Assembly: GCA_964636135.1 (NCBI GenBank)
Contig: CAZWPR010000003.1
Location: 24,193 to 88,192, forward strand
Direction: 5' to 3'
DNA length: 64,000 nt
Origin: an uncultured Polynucleobacter sp.
Lineage (GTDB): Bacteria; Pseudomonadota; Gammaproteobacteria; Burkholderiales; Burkholderiaceae
Under the pieces are notes generated by a model. The model saw only the letters and a program-made list of their open reading frames with translations. It ran no database searches and was not told the DNA's origin. This document shows positions 1-8,945 of the stretch, one piece after another (the stretch's first letter is position 1; each line of letters opens with the position of its first letter). The translations under genes and the position numbers were made by a program.

Positions 1-1522
1 CTTGCAAGAAGGCAAAAGCCAGAAGCAAACTCGCCAAACTCAAAATGGGCCAATTTCCCCAGATCACAAACGGGGTTTTGCCTGTAAAGCCTTGCACCGA
101 AGCGCTCAAGCTTGCTTGGGTCCATTGCGGCAAGGCCTGCAGTACGCGTCCATCCGGACCAATGACCGCGGTGATCCCCGTGTTGGTTGAACGAATACTG
201 GGAAGCCCTGTTTCGATCGAGCGCATTTGCGATAAGCGCAATTGTTGGCTGGGTGCTTGGGATTGACCAAACCAGGCCAGATTGGTGATGTTGACGAATA
301 GATTAACTGGAGCTTCGCTATTGCGAATGCGGCTTGCTAACTCGTTGCCAAAGATATCTTCATAGCAAATGGTGATGGCGGCACCAATACTGTCTTGACC
401 TACGCGCTCAATTTGAAAAGGGGCCTGCATTAAATTGCCCCGAGCAAAATCACTCATCGGAATGCGAAATGCATTGACGAACCACTGGAAGCCTGGCGGA
501 ATAAATTCACCAAAAGGGACGAGGTGAAACTTATCGTAATAGTAGGGTGAAGTTGACGATGGTGATAAACCAAGTGCGCGGTTGGAATACTGCAATTGCC
601 CATTGGAGCTCGGGACAATCCCAATTAAGCCCAGCAGAATATTGCTATGCGTTGCTTGTGAAAATGCCTTGAGCTGTGGGAGTACATCACCTGGTAAGTC
701 TCTTTCAGCTAAGGGAAATGCCGTTTCTGGAATCACAATCAGATCGGCTGCTTGCTTAACAATGACGTCGCTATAAAACCGAATTTGCTGTGCGATTGCA
801 TTTGGATTCCATTTCAGACTTTGCTCAAAATTTCCCTGAATCAAGCGAACGCTGATAGGGCTTCCAATTGCTTCGGTGAATCGCAATTGACTGAGGCCCA
901 GCATCAACACCAGAGATAGTCCAATCGGAATGCTGATGCGAACTAGCGATTGACGCCATGCGCTTAACTGCATCGATACCCACACTACCAAAAAAGTAGA
1001 CCCTAAACCACCCAGCAGTGGTGCAATTGCTGCAAAGGGGCCATTGACTTGGGCCTCAGCAAAGCCGACCCATGGAAAGCCAGTGAAGAGCTGGCCACGA
1101 AGGTATTCCATGAGCACCCAGGCCGCCGCCATGATGGCGCTATTTAGAAAAATAGACTCCCGCCGAAGCATTTTGCCCAAAGCGCTGGCTAAGCCAAAAA
1201 AGACTGCCATATAGGCTGAAAGCAAAACCACGGCAGCGATTGACAAGGGGGCATTCATACCACCGATGTCATGCAAGCTAATAAAAATCCACCACAGTCC
1301 AACAACAAAATAAGCAAGTCCAAACAAAAAACCACCGGCAAAGTTCGGCAGAAATTGAGTTGTATTTGTTGAAGAGAGTCGCCACCACAAGAGACTCAGT
1401 AAGGGTATTTGCAGCCAGCCGCCCGAGGGGAGTTCACCTGCAATCGAGATTGCAATCCCGAGGGCGATGCAAAGGAGCCAGTGTGTGTAGCGAATATCGC
1501 TGCGCAAGCTCTGACTAAACAA
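1..1522 (-). CDS. lnt: Apolipoprotein N-acyltransferase (3' end runs off the window edge)
   Basis: Not in the ORF track because there is no stop in the window. Manual translation from TTG at 1522 gives VIPETAFP, YDKFHLVPFGEFIP, ICYEDIFG and SIRSTNTGIT (CN-hydrolase E/K/C triad). Lies downstream of corC as usual. Confidence 0.92.
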   Translation of the reverse strand, partial: MFSQSLRSDIRYTHWLLCIALGIAISIAGELPSGGWLQIPLLSLLWWRLSSTNTTQFLPNFAGGFLFGLAYFVVGLWWIFISLHDIGGMNAPLSIAAVVLLSAYMAVFFGLASALGKMLRRESIFLNSAIMAAAWVLMEYLRGQLFTGFPWVGFAEAQVNGPFAAIAPLLGGLGSTFLVVWVSMQLSAWRQSLVRISIPIGLSLVLMLGLSQLRFTEAIGSPISVRLIQGNFEQSLKWNPNAIAQQIRFYSDVIVKQAADLIVIPETAFPLAERDLPGDVLPQLKAFSQATHSNILLGLIGIVPSSNGQLQYSNRALGLSPSSTSPYYYDKFHLVPFGEFIPPGFQWFVNAFRIPMSDFARGNLMQAPFQIERVGQDSIGAAITICYEDIFGNELASRIRNSEAPVNLFVNITNLAWFGQSQAPSQQLRLSQMRSIETGLPSIRSTNTGITAVIGPDGRVLQALPQWTQASLSASVQGFTGKTPFVIWGNWPILSLASLLLAFAFLQ

Positions 1523-1530
1523 ACGTTGCC

Positions 1531-2379
1531 TTAGGCTGATAAAGAAATATCAGATGCCAGGCGCCTTGCTAGCAATACATGAATTTGCCGCGGATCAGCG
1601 CGCTGAACTTCAAACTCGATGCCCTCAATCTGCACGCGCTCACCCAGTTTGGGTACACGTCCTAAATGGTGGGTAATTAAGCCCGCTACGGTTTCCACTT
1701 CATCATCGTCAAACTGTGTTCCAAGGGCTGCATTTAGCTGCTCCAGTTCGGTCATGCCTTTCAGGCGGGTATCGCCATTGGCCAGTAGCAGAACGTTATC
1801 GGCATCTTCATCAATGTCGTGCTCGTCCTCAATGTCGCCCACAATTTGCTCGAGTACATCCTCAATCGTCACAATGCCAGCCACGTTGCTGTACTCATCG
1901 ACAACAATCGCCAAATGATTGCGGTTAGCTCGAAAATCCCGTAACAAGACACTTAGGCGCTTGGATTCCGGAATAAAGACAGCAGGCCTTAGCCAATCGC
2001 GCAACTGAAAGTTAGCTTCACTGGCGTGGCGTAACAAATCTTTCGCCAGCAAGATGCCAACAACAGTGTCTTTGCTGCCTTGATAAACAGGATAGCGCGA
2101 GTGGGCTGCGGAGATAACGGTTTGAATCACCTCCGTAACCGAGGAATCAATATCAATCCAGTCGATTTGCGCGCGTGGCACAAGAATGTCTCTGGCACAC
2201 AATTCACCAACCTGAAAAACCCCCTCAATCATGGAAAGGGCATCTGCATCAATAAAGCCCTCTGTCTGAGCGGCACGCAAGGTTTCAATTAATTCTTGGC
2301 GTCGCTCCGTTGCGCTGGTAGGTTGTGGCGTTAGAAATTCAGCGAGGCGTTCAAGTAAGGATTTATCGGGGTCAGGCAT
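1531..2379 (-). CDS. corC: HlyC/CorC family CBS-pair protein (YbeX)
   Basis: HSRYPVY, AVFIPESK, AIVVDEY, TIEDVLEQIVGDIEDEHD, C-terminal CorC domain; ybeY-corC-lnt synteny. Confidence 0.93.
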   Translation of the reverse strand: MPDPDKSLLERLAEFLTPQPTSATERRQELIETLRAAQTEGFIDADALSMIEGVFQVGELCARDILVPRAQIDWIDIDSSVTEVIQTVISAAHSRYPVYQGSKDTVVGILLAKDLLRHASEANFQLRDWLRPAVFIPESKRLSVLLRDFRANRNHLAIVVDEYSNVAGIVTIEDVLEQIVGDIEDEHDIDEDADNVLLLANGDTRLKGMTELEQLNAALGTQFDDDEVETVAGLITHHLGRVPKLGERVQIEGIEFEVQRADPRQIHVLLARRLASDISLSA

Positions 2380-2422
2380 GGAAATAGAATAGCGTAGAAC
2401 AAAGCAAGCTAAAAAAGTGACC

Positions 2423-2905
2423 TTAATTGATGACGTAAGGGTTTGAAAAACCTAGGTTTTTTAGAATAGCCACTTCACGTGCCTCCATTACCTTGGCACC
2501 CTGCTGCGTCATGTGGTCAAGGCCGGCAGCATGCAAGCAACCATGTACCACCAGATGCGCTAGGTGGGCCTTGACTGTTTTGCCTTGGTTGCGCGCCTCG
2601 CTGGTGACTACTGGCATACAGAGCACGATATCAGCGGCTAGCTCACTTTGCTTGATCCCATACGCGAAGGTCAGGACATTTGTGGCATAGGCCTTCGCTC
2701 TAAATTGGCTATTCAGCAGCTGTCCTTCGGTGCGATTCACAAAACGCACCGTCAGGTTTCCAGGACGATTGATGCTCGCACGAACCCATTTTTTAATGAG
2801 AGTAGCGGATGCTAATGCGCCCACTTTTTTCTCGAGTGCGGGACTGGCGTATTGAATCTCGACGGCACAGACTTTCACTTTAGAAGTAGTAAGGGTCTTC
2901 GGCAT
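2423..2905 (-). CDS. ybeY: rRNA maturation endoribonuclease YbeY
   Basis: ATNVLTF and the HLVVHGCLHAAGLDH zinc motif; C-terminal NPY. Confidence 0.93.
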   Translation of the reverse strand: MPKTLTTSKVKVCAVEIQYASPALEKKVGALASATLIKKWVRASINRPGNLTVRFVNRTEGQLLNSQFRAKAYATNVLTFAYGIKQSELAADIVLCMPVVTSEARNQGKTVKAHLAHLVVHGCLHAAGLDHMTQQGAKVMEAREVAILKNLGFSNPYVIN

Positions 2906-2910
2906 GAAAA

Positions 2911-4257
2911 TTAATGTACAAGTGCGTTGACGCGTTCGCCACGCAGGGTGTGTGCCAACACTTCCGTGATCCGAATATCCATCATCGTTCCAATTAAGGA
3001 GTCCATTTCCTCAACCGCAGCTGGAATGTGAATCACGCGGTTGTTTTCAGTACGGCCTTGCAAGTTAATGCCATCTTTGGCAATGCCTTCGATCAGAACA
3101 CGCTCTTCTTTGCCTAGCATTGCCTTGCTGATGCGTTCCGCCTGAGAGTCAATTAATGCCAGTAGAGTCTGCAAGCGTTTAAGTTTGACAGGGTAAGGGG
3201 TATCATCCGCCAGATTGGCCGCTGGGGTGCCGGGGCGAGGACTGAAAATAAAGCAGTAACTGTTATCAAATTGCAATTCGGCGACTAAGGCTAAAAGCTT
3301 TTCAAAATCAGCATCGGTTTCTCCGGGAAAGCCGACAATAAAATCACTGGAGAGGCACAGGTCGGGGCGGACGGCGCGCATACGGCGAATAATGCTCTTG
3401 AATTCCACTACGATATAGCCGCGCTTCATTGCTGATAAAACCGAATCGGAGGCATGCTGTACCGGCAGATGCAGGTGGCTCACTAATTTCGGTACTTTGG
3501 CGTACACATCAATGAGGCGCTGCGTAAATTCTTTGGGGTGGCTGGTAGTAAAGCGAATGCGCTCAACTCCGGGTATCTCGGCAATGTATTCAATCAGGAG
3601 AGCAAAATCAGCCAACTCATTCGTTTTGCCCATCTTGCCGATGTAGGCATTTACGTTTTGACCTAGCAAGACGATTTCCTTCACTCCTTGGGCGGCAAGC
3701 CCTGCTACTTCGGTTAGTACATCATCAAAGGGGCGCGATACTTCTTCGCCGCGGGTATAGGGCACAACACAATAGCTGCAGTATTTAGAGCAGCCTTCCA
3801 TGATAGATACAAAGGCGGAGCCGCGGGTCTGACGCGATGCAGGCAAATGATCGAACTTCTCAATCTCCGGAAAGGAAATATCCACTTGAGATATGCCGCT
3901 GGACAATCGCTTGGCAAGTAAGTCGGGCAGGCGATGCAATGTTTGCGGACCAAAAACCACATCCACATAGGGTGCTCGGCTAATAATTTGCTGCCCCTCT
4001 TGGCTGGCAACGCAGCCACCCACACCAATTAACAATTCGGGCTTAAGTTTTTTCAGTTCACGTAGACGACCAAGATCGGAAAACACCTTGTCTTCGGCTT
4101 TTTCCCGAATCGAGCAGGTGTTGAGCAAAATGACGTCGGCTTCGGCAGGATCGTTTGTGGGGGTCATGCCATCGTTGGCATGGAGTACATCGGCCATCTT
4201 TTCCGAGTCATACTCGTTCATTTGACAGCCAAAGGTTTTGATATACAGTTTTTTCAT
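2911..4257 (-). CDS. miaB: tRNA-2-methylthio-N6-isopentenyladenosine synthase MiaB
   Basis: [11 protein letters not shown], radical [12 protein letters not shown]-terminal TRAM domain. Confidence 0.97.
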   Translation of the reverse strand: MKKLYIKTFGCQMNEYDSEKMADVLHANDGMTPTNDPAEADVILLNTCSIREKAEDKVFSDLGRLRELKKLKPELLIGVGGCVASQEGQQIISRAPYVDVVFGPQTLHRLPDLLAKRLSSGISQVDISFPEIEKFDHLPASRQTRGSAFVSIMEGCSKYCSYCVVPYTRGEEVSRPFDDVLTEVAGLAAQGVKEIVLLGQNVNAYIGKMGKTNELADFALLIEYIAEIPGVERIRFTTSHPKEFTQRLIDVYAKVPKLVSHLHLPVQHASDSVLSAMKRGYIVVEFKSIIRRMRAVRPDLCLSSDFIVGFPGETDADFEKLLALVAELQFDNSYCFIFSPRPGTPAANLADDTPYPVKLKRLQTLLALIDSQAERISKAMLGKEERVLIEGIAKDGINLQGRTENNRVIHIPAAVEEMDSLIGTMMDIRITEVLAHTLRGERVNALVH

Positions 4258-4368
4258 ATGCCGTTTCAGGTTTATAACTGGGGGCGACTAACAATTTTAC
4301 GGCAAATTTACGAAAAAACAGCCGCTAGCTAGCAAAAAGACTGCCACTGCCCGTAAGATAGATAAGCC

Positions 4369-4683
4369 ATGATCAGACTACCTCAACTTTGTGTACTGCT
4401 TTTACTGGCTGGTAGCGGTATGTGTGTGATTGCAGCCCCGATATACATCACTAGCTATCCATCCGAGGCTAATGCCAAGGTATTTGTGACGCAATACAAG
4501 TCCGAGGCCAATTGCATTGTGTTTGAAACGCCTTACCAAAGCGAGAATGATCCGGGCGTGTGGTTCTTCACTAAATACAAAAGCGATGCCAGGGCTCGCA
4601 TTTACTACACCCAATACAAATCAGAGGCGGATTTGCTAGTTTATTTCACCAAATACAAAAGTGAAGCGCGTTGCCGTTACTAG
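4369..4683 (+). CDS. Secreted small repeat protein, DUF6150-like
   Basis: Signal peptide followed by six ~13-aa repeats of the form (V/I)(F/Y)xTxYxSEA. Confidence 0.75.
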   Translation: MIRLPQLCVLLLLAGSGMCVIAAPIYITSYPSEANAKVFVTQYKSEANCIVFETPYQSENDPGVWFFTKYKSDARARIYYTQYKSEADLLVYFTKYKSEARCRY

Positions 4684-4685
4684 CT

Positions 4686-5297
4686 ATGAAATTGATTTCG
4701 ATTAATGCTGGCAAAGTAGCCCCCTTATTTACAAATCAGCGCCCGGACCATGCTGTGGTGATGTCTGGTATTAAAAAGAACAGCATCAGTAACGTAGACC
4801 AAGCAAATCCGGTCGATATCAATCTCCTCGGCGTGCTGGGGGATGAGCAAGCAGACTTGACGGTGCATGGCGGAATTGAGAAAGCCATTTACGTTTATCC
4901 ATACGAGCACTATCTATTTTGGAATACGCTTCTATCACGTGAATTAAAAGTGCCATTTGATTTACAGCCTGGAGCGATGGGCGAAAACTTCACCATCACT
5001 GGTTTATTGGAGGCGGATATATTTGTGGGCGATACGCTACAGATCGGCGATCTGGAATTTATTGTGACCAAGCTACGCGAGCCGTGTTTTAAGTTCAACG
5101 CAAAAATGCGTTACAAAGGTGCTGCCAAAGCAATGTTGCAATCGGGGCATTGCGGTTGGTATATGCGTGTCATCACACCAGGAAAACTGATGGCTGGCAG
5201 CAAGATAAACCTTATACCGGGAAAGCAAGAAACCACCATTGCAAATCAAGTGCGCGCAATTCTGAAGCGAAACAGGCAAGGCGATTTGTGGGACTAG
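4686..5297 (+). CDS. MOSC domain protein (YiiM-like)
   Basis: GDEQADLTVHGG.EKAIY, GAMGENFT, REPCFKF, GWYMRV. ATG at 4686 preferred over the ORF-track TTG. Confidence 0.88.
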   Translation: MKLISINAGKVAPLFTNQRPDHAVVMSGIKKNSISNVDQANPVDINLLGVLGDEQADLTVHGGIEKAIYVYPYEHYLFWNTLLSRELKVPFDLQPGAMGENFTITGLLEADIFVGDTLQIGDLEFIVTKLREPCFKFNAKMRYKGAAKAMLQSGHCGWYMRVITPGKLMAGSKINLIPGKQETTIANQVRAILKRNRQGDLWD

Positions 5298-5310
5298 TGC
5301 CCTAAAGAAA

Positions 5311-5338
5311 AAAGCCACTGCAGGGTAGTAGTGGCTTT
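5311..5338. terminator. Probable bidirectional intrinsic terminator between the MOSC gene and tRNA-Met
   Basis: AAAGCCACT-N10-AGTGGCTTT inverted repeat with an A-run on the left, between convergent genes. Confidence 0.7.
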
Positions 5339-5344
5339 GAAAGG

Positions 5345-5421
5345 TGGTGGCGATTCAGGGATTCGAACCCCGGACCTGTGGATTATGATTCCATCGCTCT
5401 AACCAACTGAGCTAAATCGCC
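5345..5421 (-). tRNA. tRNA-Met (CAT), elongator type
   Basis: Reverse complement GGCGATTTAGCTCAGTTGGTTAGAGCGATGGAATCATAATCCACAGGTCCGGGGTTCGAATCCCTGAATCGCCACCA: 77 nt, CAT anticodon, T-loop GTTCGAATC, encoded CCA, G1-C72 pair. Confidence 0.95.
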
Positions 5422-5538
5422 GAACTGGCATTGTAGCAAAGAGTACTTATTCTGGGGATATTGCTAGTAGAGGGCCTATTTATATTGCCTTCCTGTGGGG
5501 CTAGGCAGCCATTAGTAGTGACTTATTTGGCCTGGCAT

Positions 5539-6084
5539 TTAATTGAACGACCATTTGGCCCAGGTAAAGAGTACATTTCCAAAGCCATCCCCTCCCGGTA
5601 CAAATGCCGTTTGCAGACTTGCATTTTTATAGCTAAGCGATCCTACCGGTAATAGGCCGGGGAATGGGATGTAATTGTTGATGTCTTGCCGCGACATGAT
5701 AAAAACCGTAGCGCCCGCACCGATTTTCCAATCACCATTACTTGAGAGATTCCAATTGGGGATCCAAGCATATCCAGCCATGTACTGATAGATGCCATGG
5801 GAATCCTTAAAGGTCATGCCGTAAATGCCTTCCCAATTATTGTTCTTGTTGTAATAGCCTTTTCCAACGCCGATGCCAAGGGGTATATGGGTATATTGGC
5901 TAATTTTTTCGGGAGAGTAGGCATAGGGCATGTGATAGGTATACAGAGGGACATACAGTTCCCAATCACCTTTGTCGATGATCGTATTGAAGCGCGCTTT
6001 TGTATTATCAATAAACGATGAAGTAGATTGAGCGTGCACACACGGAATTGCGAATAGAAAAAATAGGGCAAGTAATCGACGCAT
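5539..6084 (-). CDS. pagP: Lipid A palmitoyltransferase PagP
   Basis: Signal peptide; WELYVPLYTYH (catalytic His), G.G.GK, MTFKDSH (Asp-Ser), AGYAW, PFPGLLP, C-terminal W.F barrel signature. Confidence 0.85.
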   Translation of the reverse strand: MRRLLALFFLFAIPCVHAQSTSSFIDNTKARFNTIIDKGDWELYVPLYTYHMPYAYSPEKISQYTHIPLGIGVGKGYYNKNNNWEGIYGMTFKDSHGIYQYMAGYAWIPNWNLSSNGDWKIGAGATVFIMSRQDINNYIPFPGLLPVGSLSYKNASLQTAFVPGGDGFGNVLFTWAKWSFN

Positions 6085-6212
6085 AGAGAAGAACAGGGCG
6101 AACCAGAGCAGAGCTAATTATCCCGCTTGAAGTTCAAAATTAAAAAACGGGTAACTTCTGGGCCTATTAATTTTAATGCCCTGCCCACTTAAAAATGGCT
6201 AGTTACCGCGGC

Positions 6213-6872
6213 CTAACGCGCGCCGCGCCGCGCTTGAATTTTTTTGAATACTTCTTTGCTGAAAATCCACAGCGCTGGTAGGCCAGGAATAACAATCATG
6301 GCTAGGGCAACGAGGGAGAAGTTCGCTTTCACCCAAGGATGCTCGCCAATCCAGTAGCCTAATGCAGTTAAGCTGCAGACCCACAGAATGCCGCCAATGA
6401 CATTGTAAAAAGCAAAGATGGGGTAACGCATGTGTGCAACGCCAGCCACAAATGGTGCGAAGGTGCGGATGAAGGGCATAAAGCGGCCCAAGACAATCGT
6501 GATGGGGCCATACTTTTCATAAAAGGCATGGGCCTGATCAAATGCTTTGCGGTTAAACCAGCGTGAGTCTTCCCAGGAAAAAACCTTATTGCCGATAAAG
6601 CGCCCAATCGAATAATTGAGGGCATCGCCTAAGATGGCCGCTGTGGTGAGTAGCGCCATCAGAACATATAAATCCATGCCGCCGACCGCGCACAATGCGC
6701 CTGCTACGAAGAGTAAAGAATCGCCTGGTAAAAAAGGCATCACCACAAAGCCAGTCTCGACAAAGATGATGGCAAACAGCAGGACGTAAATCCAAACACC
6801 CCATTCATTCGCAACGATTGCTAAGTTTTTATCGAGGTGCAGAAATAAATCAATGAGGGATGAAAATTCCAA
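6213..6872 (-). CDS. dedA: DedA/VTT family membrane protein
   Basis: IIFVETG..PFLPGDSLLF, GD.LNY, RFMPFIRTFAPFVAG. Confidence 0.92.
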   Translation of the reverse strand: MEFSSLIDLFLHLDKNLAIVANEWGVWIYVLLFAIIFVETGFVVMPFLPGDSLLFVAGALCAVGGMDLYVLMALLTTAAILGDALNYSIGRFIGNKVFSWEDSRWFNRKAFDQAHAFYEKYGPITIVLGRFMPFIRTFAPFVAGVAHMRYPIFAFYNVIGGILWVCSLTALGYWIGEHPWVKANFSLVALAMIVIPGLPALWIFSKEVFKKIQARRGAR

Positions 6873-6895
6873 GGTAATCCTTTGGGGGGTATCCG

Positions 6896-7579
6896 TTACG
6901 TGGGCAAACTAGTCAGCACGTCGTTTAAATTGGCTCCAGTATAAGTGGGCTTGGGGCCGATTTCTTCAAAAGGCAGATTTTGGCGATTCACCCAAAACGT
7001 CGTCAGCCCAAACCAGCCAGCGCCAATCACATCCCAGGCATTGCTTGAAACAAACAAAATATCTTTAGGCGCGCATCCAAAATAGCTGGTTAACAAACCG
7101 TAGCTAGCAGGACTTACTTTAAATTGGCGCACTTCATCAACGGAAATAACCCGATCCAATAGGACGTCGAGTTGATTCGCTTGCAATGCCTTCGACAGCA
7201 TGGCTTGATTGCCGTTCGAGAGTACTGCCGTTGCGATACCGGCTTGCTTAATCTGGGCGAGTGTCGGTTGGCATTCGGGGAAAGCGCTTAACTTGGCATA
7301 TTGCCCCATTAGCTGTCCTTCCTGATCTTTGCTCAATGGAATTGCGAGGCGCTTGCAGGAAAAACGCAGCGCTGCAATGGTGAGATCCCAGAACGATTGA
7401 TAGCGCGTTGATCCTGTGGGATCGCTCATCGTAATCAGGCGAGTGTATTCAATTTGGCGATCACGCCAGAGCACACATAAGGACTGCCCATGACCTGGAA
7501 AGAGGTTTTCTGCCAGGACCCCCATCGAATAGACATCGAGGAGGGTGCCGTAGGCATCAAATGCAATCAGCTTAGGCAT
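6896..7579 (-). CDS. Haloacid dehalogenase type II
   Basis: FDAYGTLLD, LSNG, FKVSP, FVSSNAWDVIGA. Confidence 0.88.
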   Translation of the reverse strand: MPKLIAFDAYGTLLDVYSMGVLAENLFPGHGQSLCVLWRDRQIEYTRLITMSDPTGSTRYQSFWDLTIAALRFSCKRLAIPLSKDQEGQLMGQYAKLSAFPECQPTLAQIKQAGIATAVLSNGNQAMLSKALQANQLDVLLDRVISVDEVRQFKVSPASYGLLTSYFGCAPKDILFVSSNAWDVIGAGWFGLTTFWVNRQNLPFEEIGPKPTYTGANLNDVLTSLPT

Positions 7580-7591
7580 GCAGGCGATGCC

Positions 7592-8851
7592 TTAAATGAA
7601 GCGGAAGGCAATAATGGCAATGATTGTCGGTGGTACAGCGTACAAAAACAGATACAGCGGACTAATAGCGCCTTCATCAAAGCTGGACTTCAAAATAGAA
7701 TAACCGGCTGGATTGGGCGCGTTGGCGATGACCGTAAGACCGCCGCCAGTAAGAGCGCCTGCTACTAGCGAATACTTAAATTCATCGGACAAGCCTTCGA
7801 CTAATGAACCCAAATAGGTGAGTGCTGCGTTATCCGTAATGGCCGTTAAAACCGTGGCGCCATAGTAGACCGTCGTTGAATCGAGATTAATGAGTAGCGG
7901 TTGCAGCCACCATTTTTGTTGACTGCCCAGGACAACAAGCCCTGCCAAGAAAAACGCAACCAGCAAACTTTCGCGAATGATGAGCTTATTTTGATACCGT
8001 GCATAGGCTGTGGTGTAGCCCACAAAGAACAAAAACAAGCCCATGAATAAAACCGAGTGGTGTACTGAAATGACCACTGCCACCAAGAAAGCCAAGTGAA
8101 TGCAAATGACGCTCGCCGGAATGGCATCAATTTTCTTTTCATTAGGTTGAATATTGAAACCACGCAGCTCTTTGTAAAACAAGAATGCCAGTAAAGTGGA
8201 GTTTGCTGTCACTGCTACAGCAGAGCGCCAGCCAAAGTTTTCCAACATGAACCACAGGTCCCACTTCCAAGTGCTAGCCACCATCAAGATGGGGGGTGCC
8301 GCATAGGGAGTTAAGGCGCCGCCAATCGAGATATTGACAAAGAGCACCGCCAGTCCGGCATACATCAATTTGGGCGAAATCTTCTTGGAAAAATAATAGT
8401 CACGTAGCAGTAGTGCGGCCACGGTCATTGCAGCTGGTTCCGTAATAAAGGAGCCCAAAAGAGGGACGAGTGTAAGTGTCACCCACAGAAAGCCTACCGA
8501 CTTTTTAACTGGCAGAATGGCTGTGACGCGCAATACCAAGAATAAGCAAAACTCCAAAACCGGTTTGCTTGCGGCAATGATCATGATTACAAATACAAAG
8601 AGCGGCTCGGTAAAGTTGAGCTTCTCTAAATAGGCAATCGTGGCATCGGCTCCGGTGTGAATGAAAAAGAAAGAAACAAGAACCATGGCCCAAAACCCGA
8701 ATACCACTTCCACCTCACCCAGCAAATGCCATACCCCGGCATGGTTTGGCTGCTTGTGCGCTAAACCTTCAAAAAACTTAGTGGAAAAAGTGTGGATTAC
8801 AGCCAGTCCAAACAAAAGGCTACTAACAATATTAACGGTGGTGGGATTCAT
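7592..8851 (-). CDS. Putative Na+/H+ antiporter (DUF1504-like)
   Basis: Multi-pass membrane protein with HLLGEVE, GSFITEPAAMT, AAPP, TDNAALTYL, GGGLTVIANAPNPAG. Confidence 0.82.
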   Translation of the reverse strand: MNPTTVNIVSSLLFGLAVIHTFSTKFFEGLAHKQPNHAGVWHLLGEVEVVFGFWAMVLVSFFFIHTGADATIAYLEKLNFTEPLFVFVIMIIAASKPVLEFCLFLVLRVTAILPVKKSVGFLWVTLTLVPLLGSFITEPAAMTVAALLLRDYYFSKKISPKLMYAGLAVLFVNISIGGALTPYAAPPILMVASTWKWDLWFMLENFGWRSAVAVTANSTLLAFLFYKELRGFNIQPNEKKIDAIPASVICIHLAFLVAVVISVHHSVLFMGLFLFFVGYTTAYARYQNKLIIRESLLVAFFLAGLVVLGSQQKWWLQPLLINLDSTTVYYGATVLTAITDNAALTYLGSLVEGLSDEFKYSLVAGALTGGGLTVIANAPNPAGYSILKSSFDEGAISPLYLFLYAVPPTIIAIIAFRFI

Positions 8852-8945
8852 GGCTCAGGATACCTTGGTATTTTTGAATGGTATTTATTGTATTGATAAG
8901 TGAACTAATTGGACATATGATCAGTATTGCGTAGCTGCATTCTAA

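Noticed and set aside
2-776. Short plus-strand ORFs in the first 800 bp
   Set aside because: They lie antisense to lnt, which occupies the minus strand and runs off the window edge.
5345-6200. Possible integration site or island at tRNA-Met
   Set aside because: No integrase and no duplicated tRNA 3' end seen in the window.
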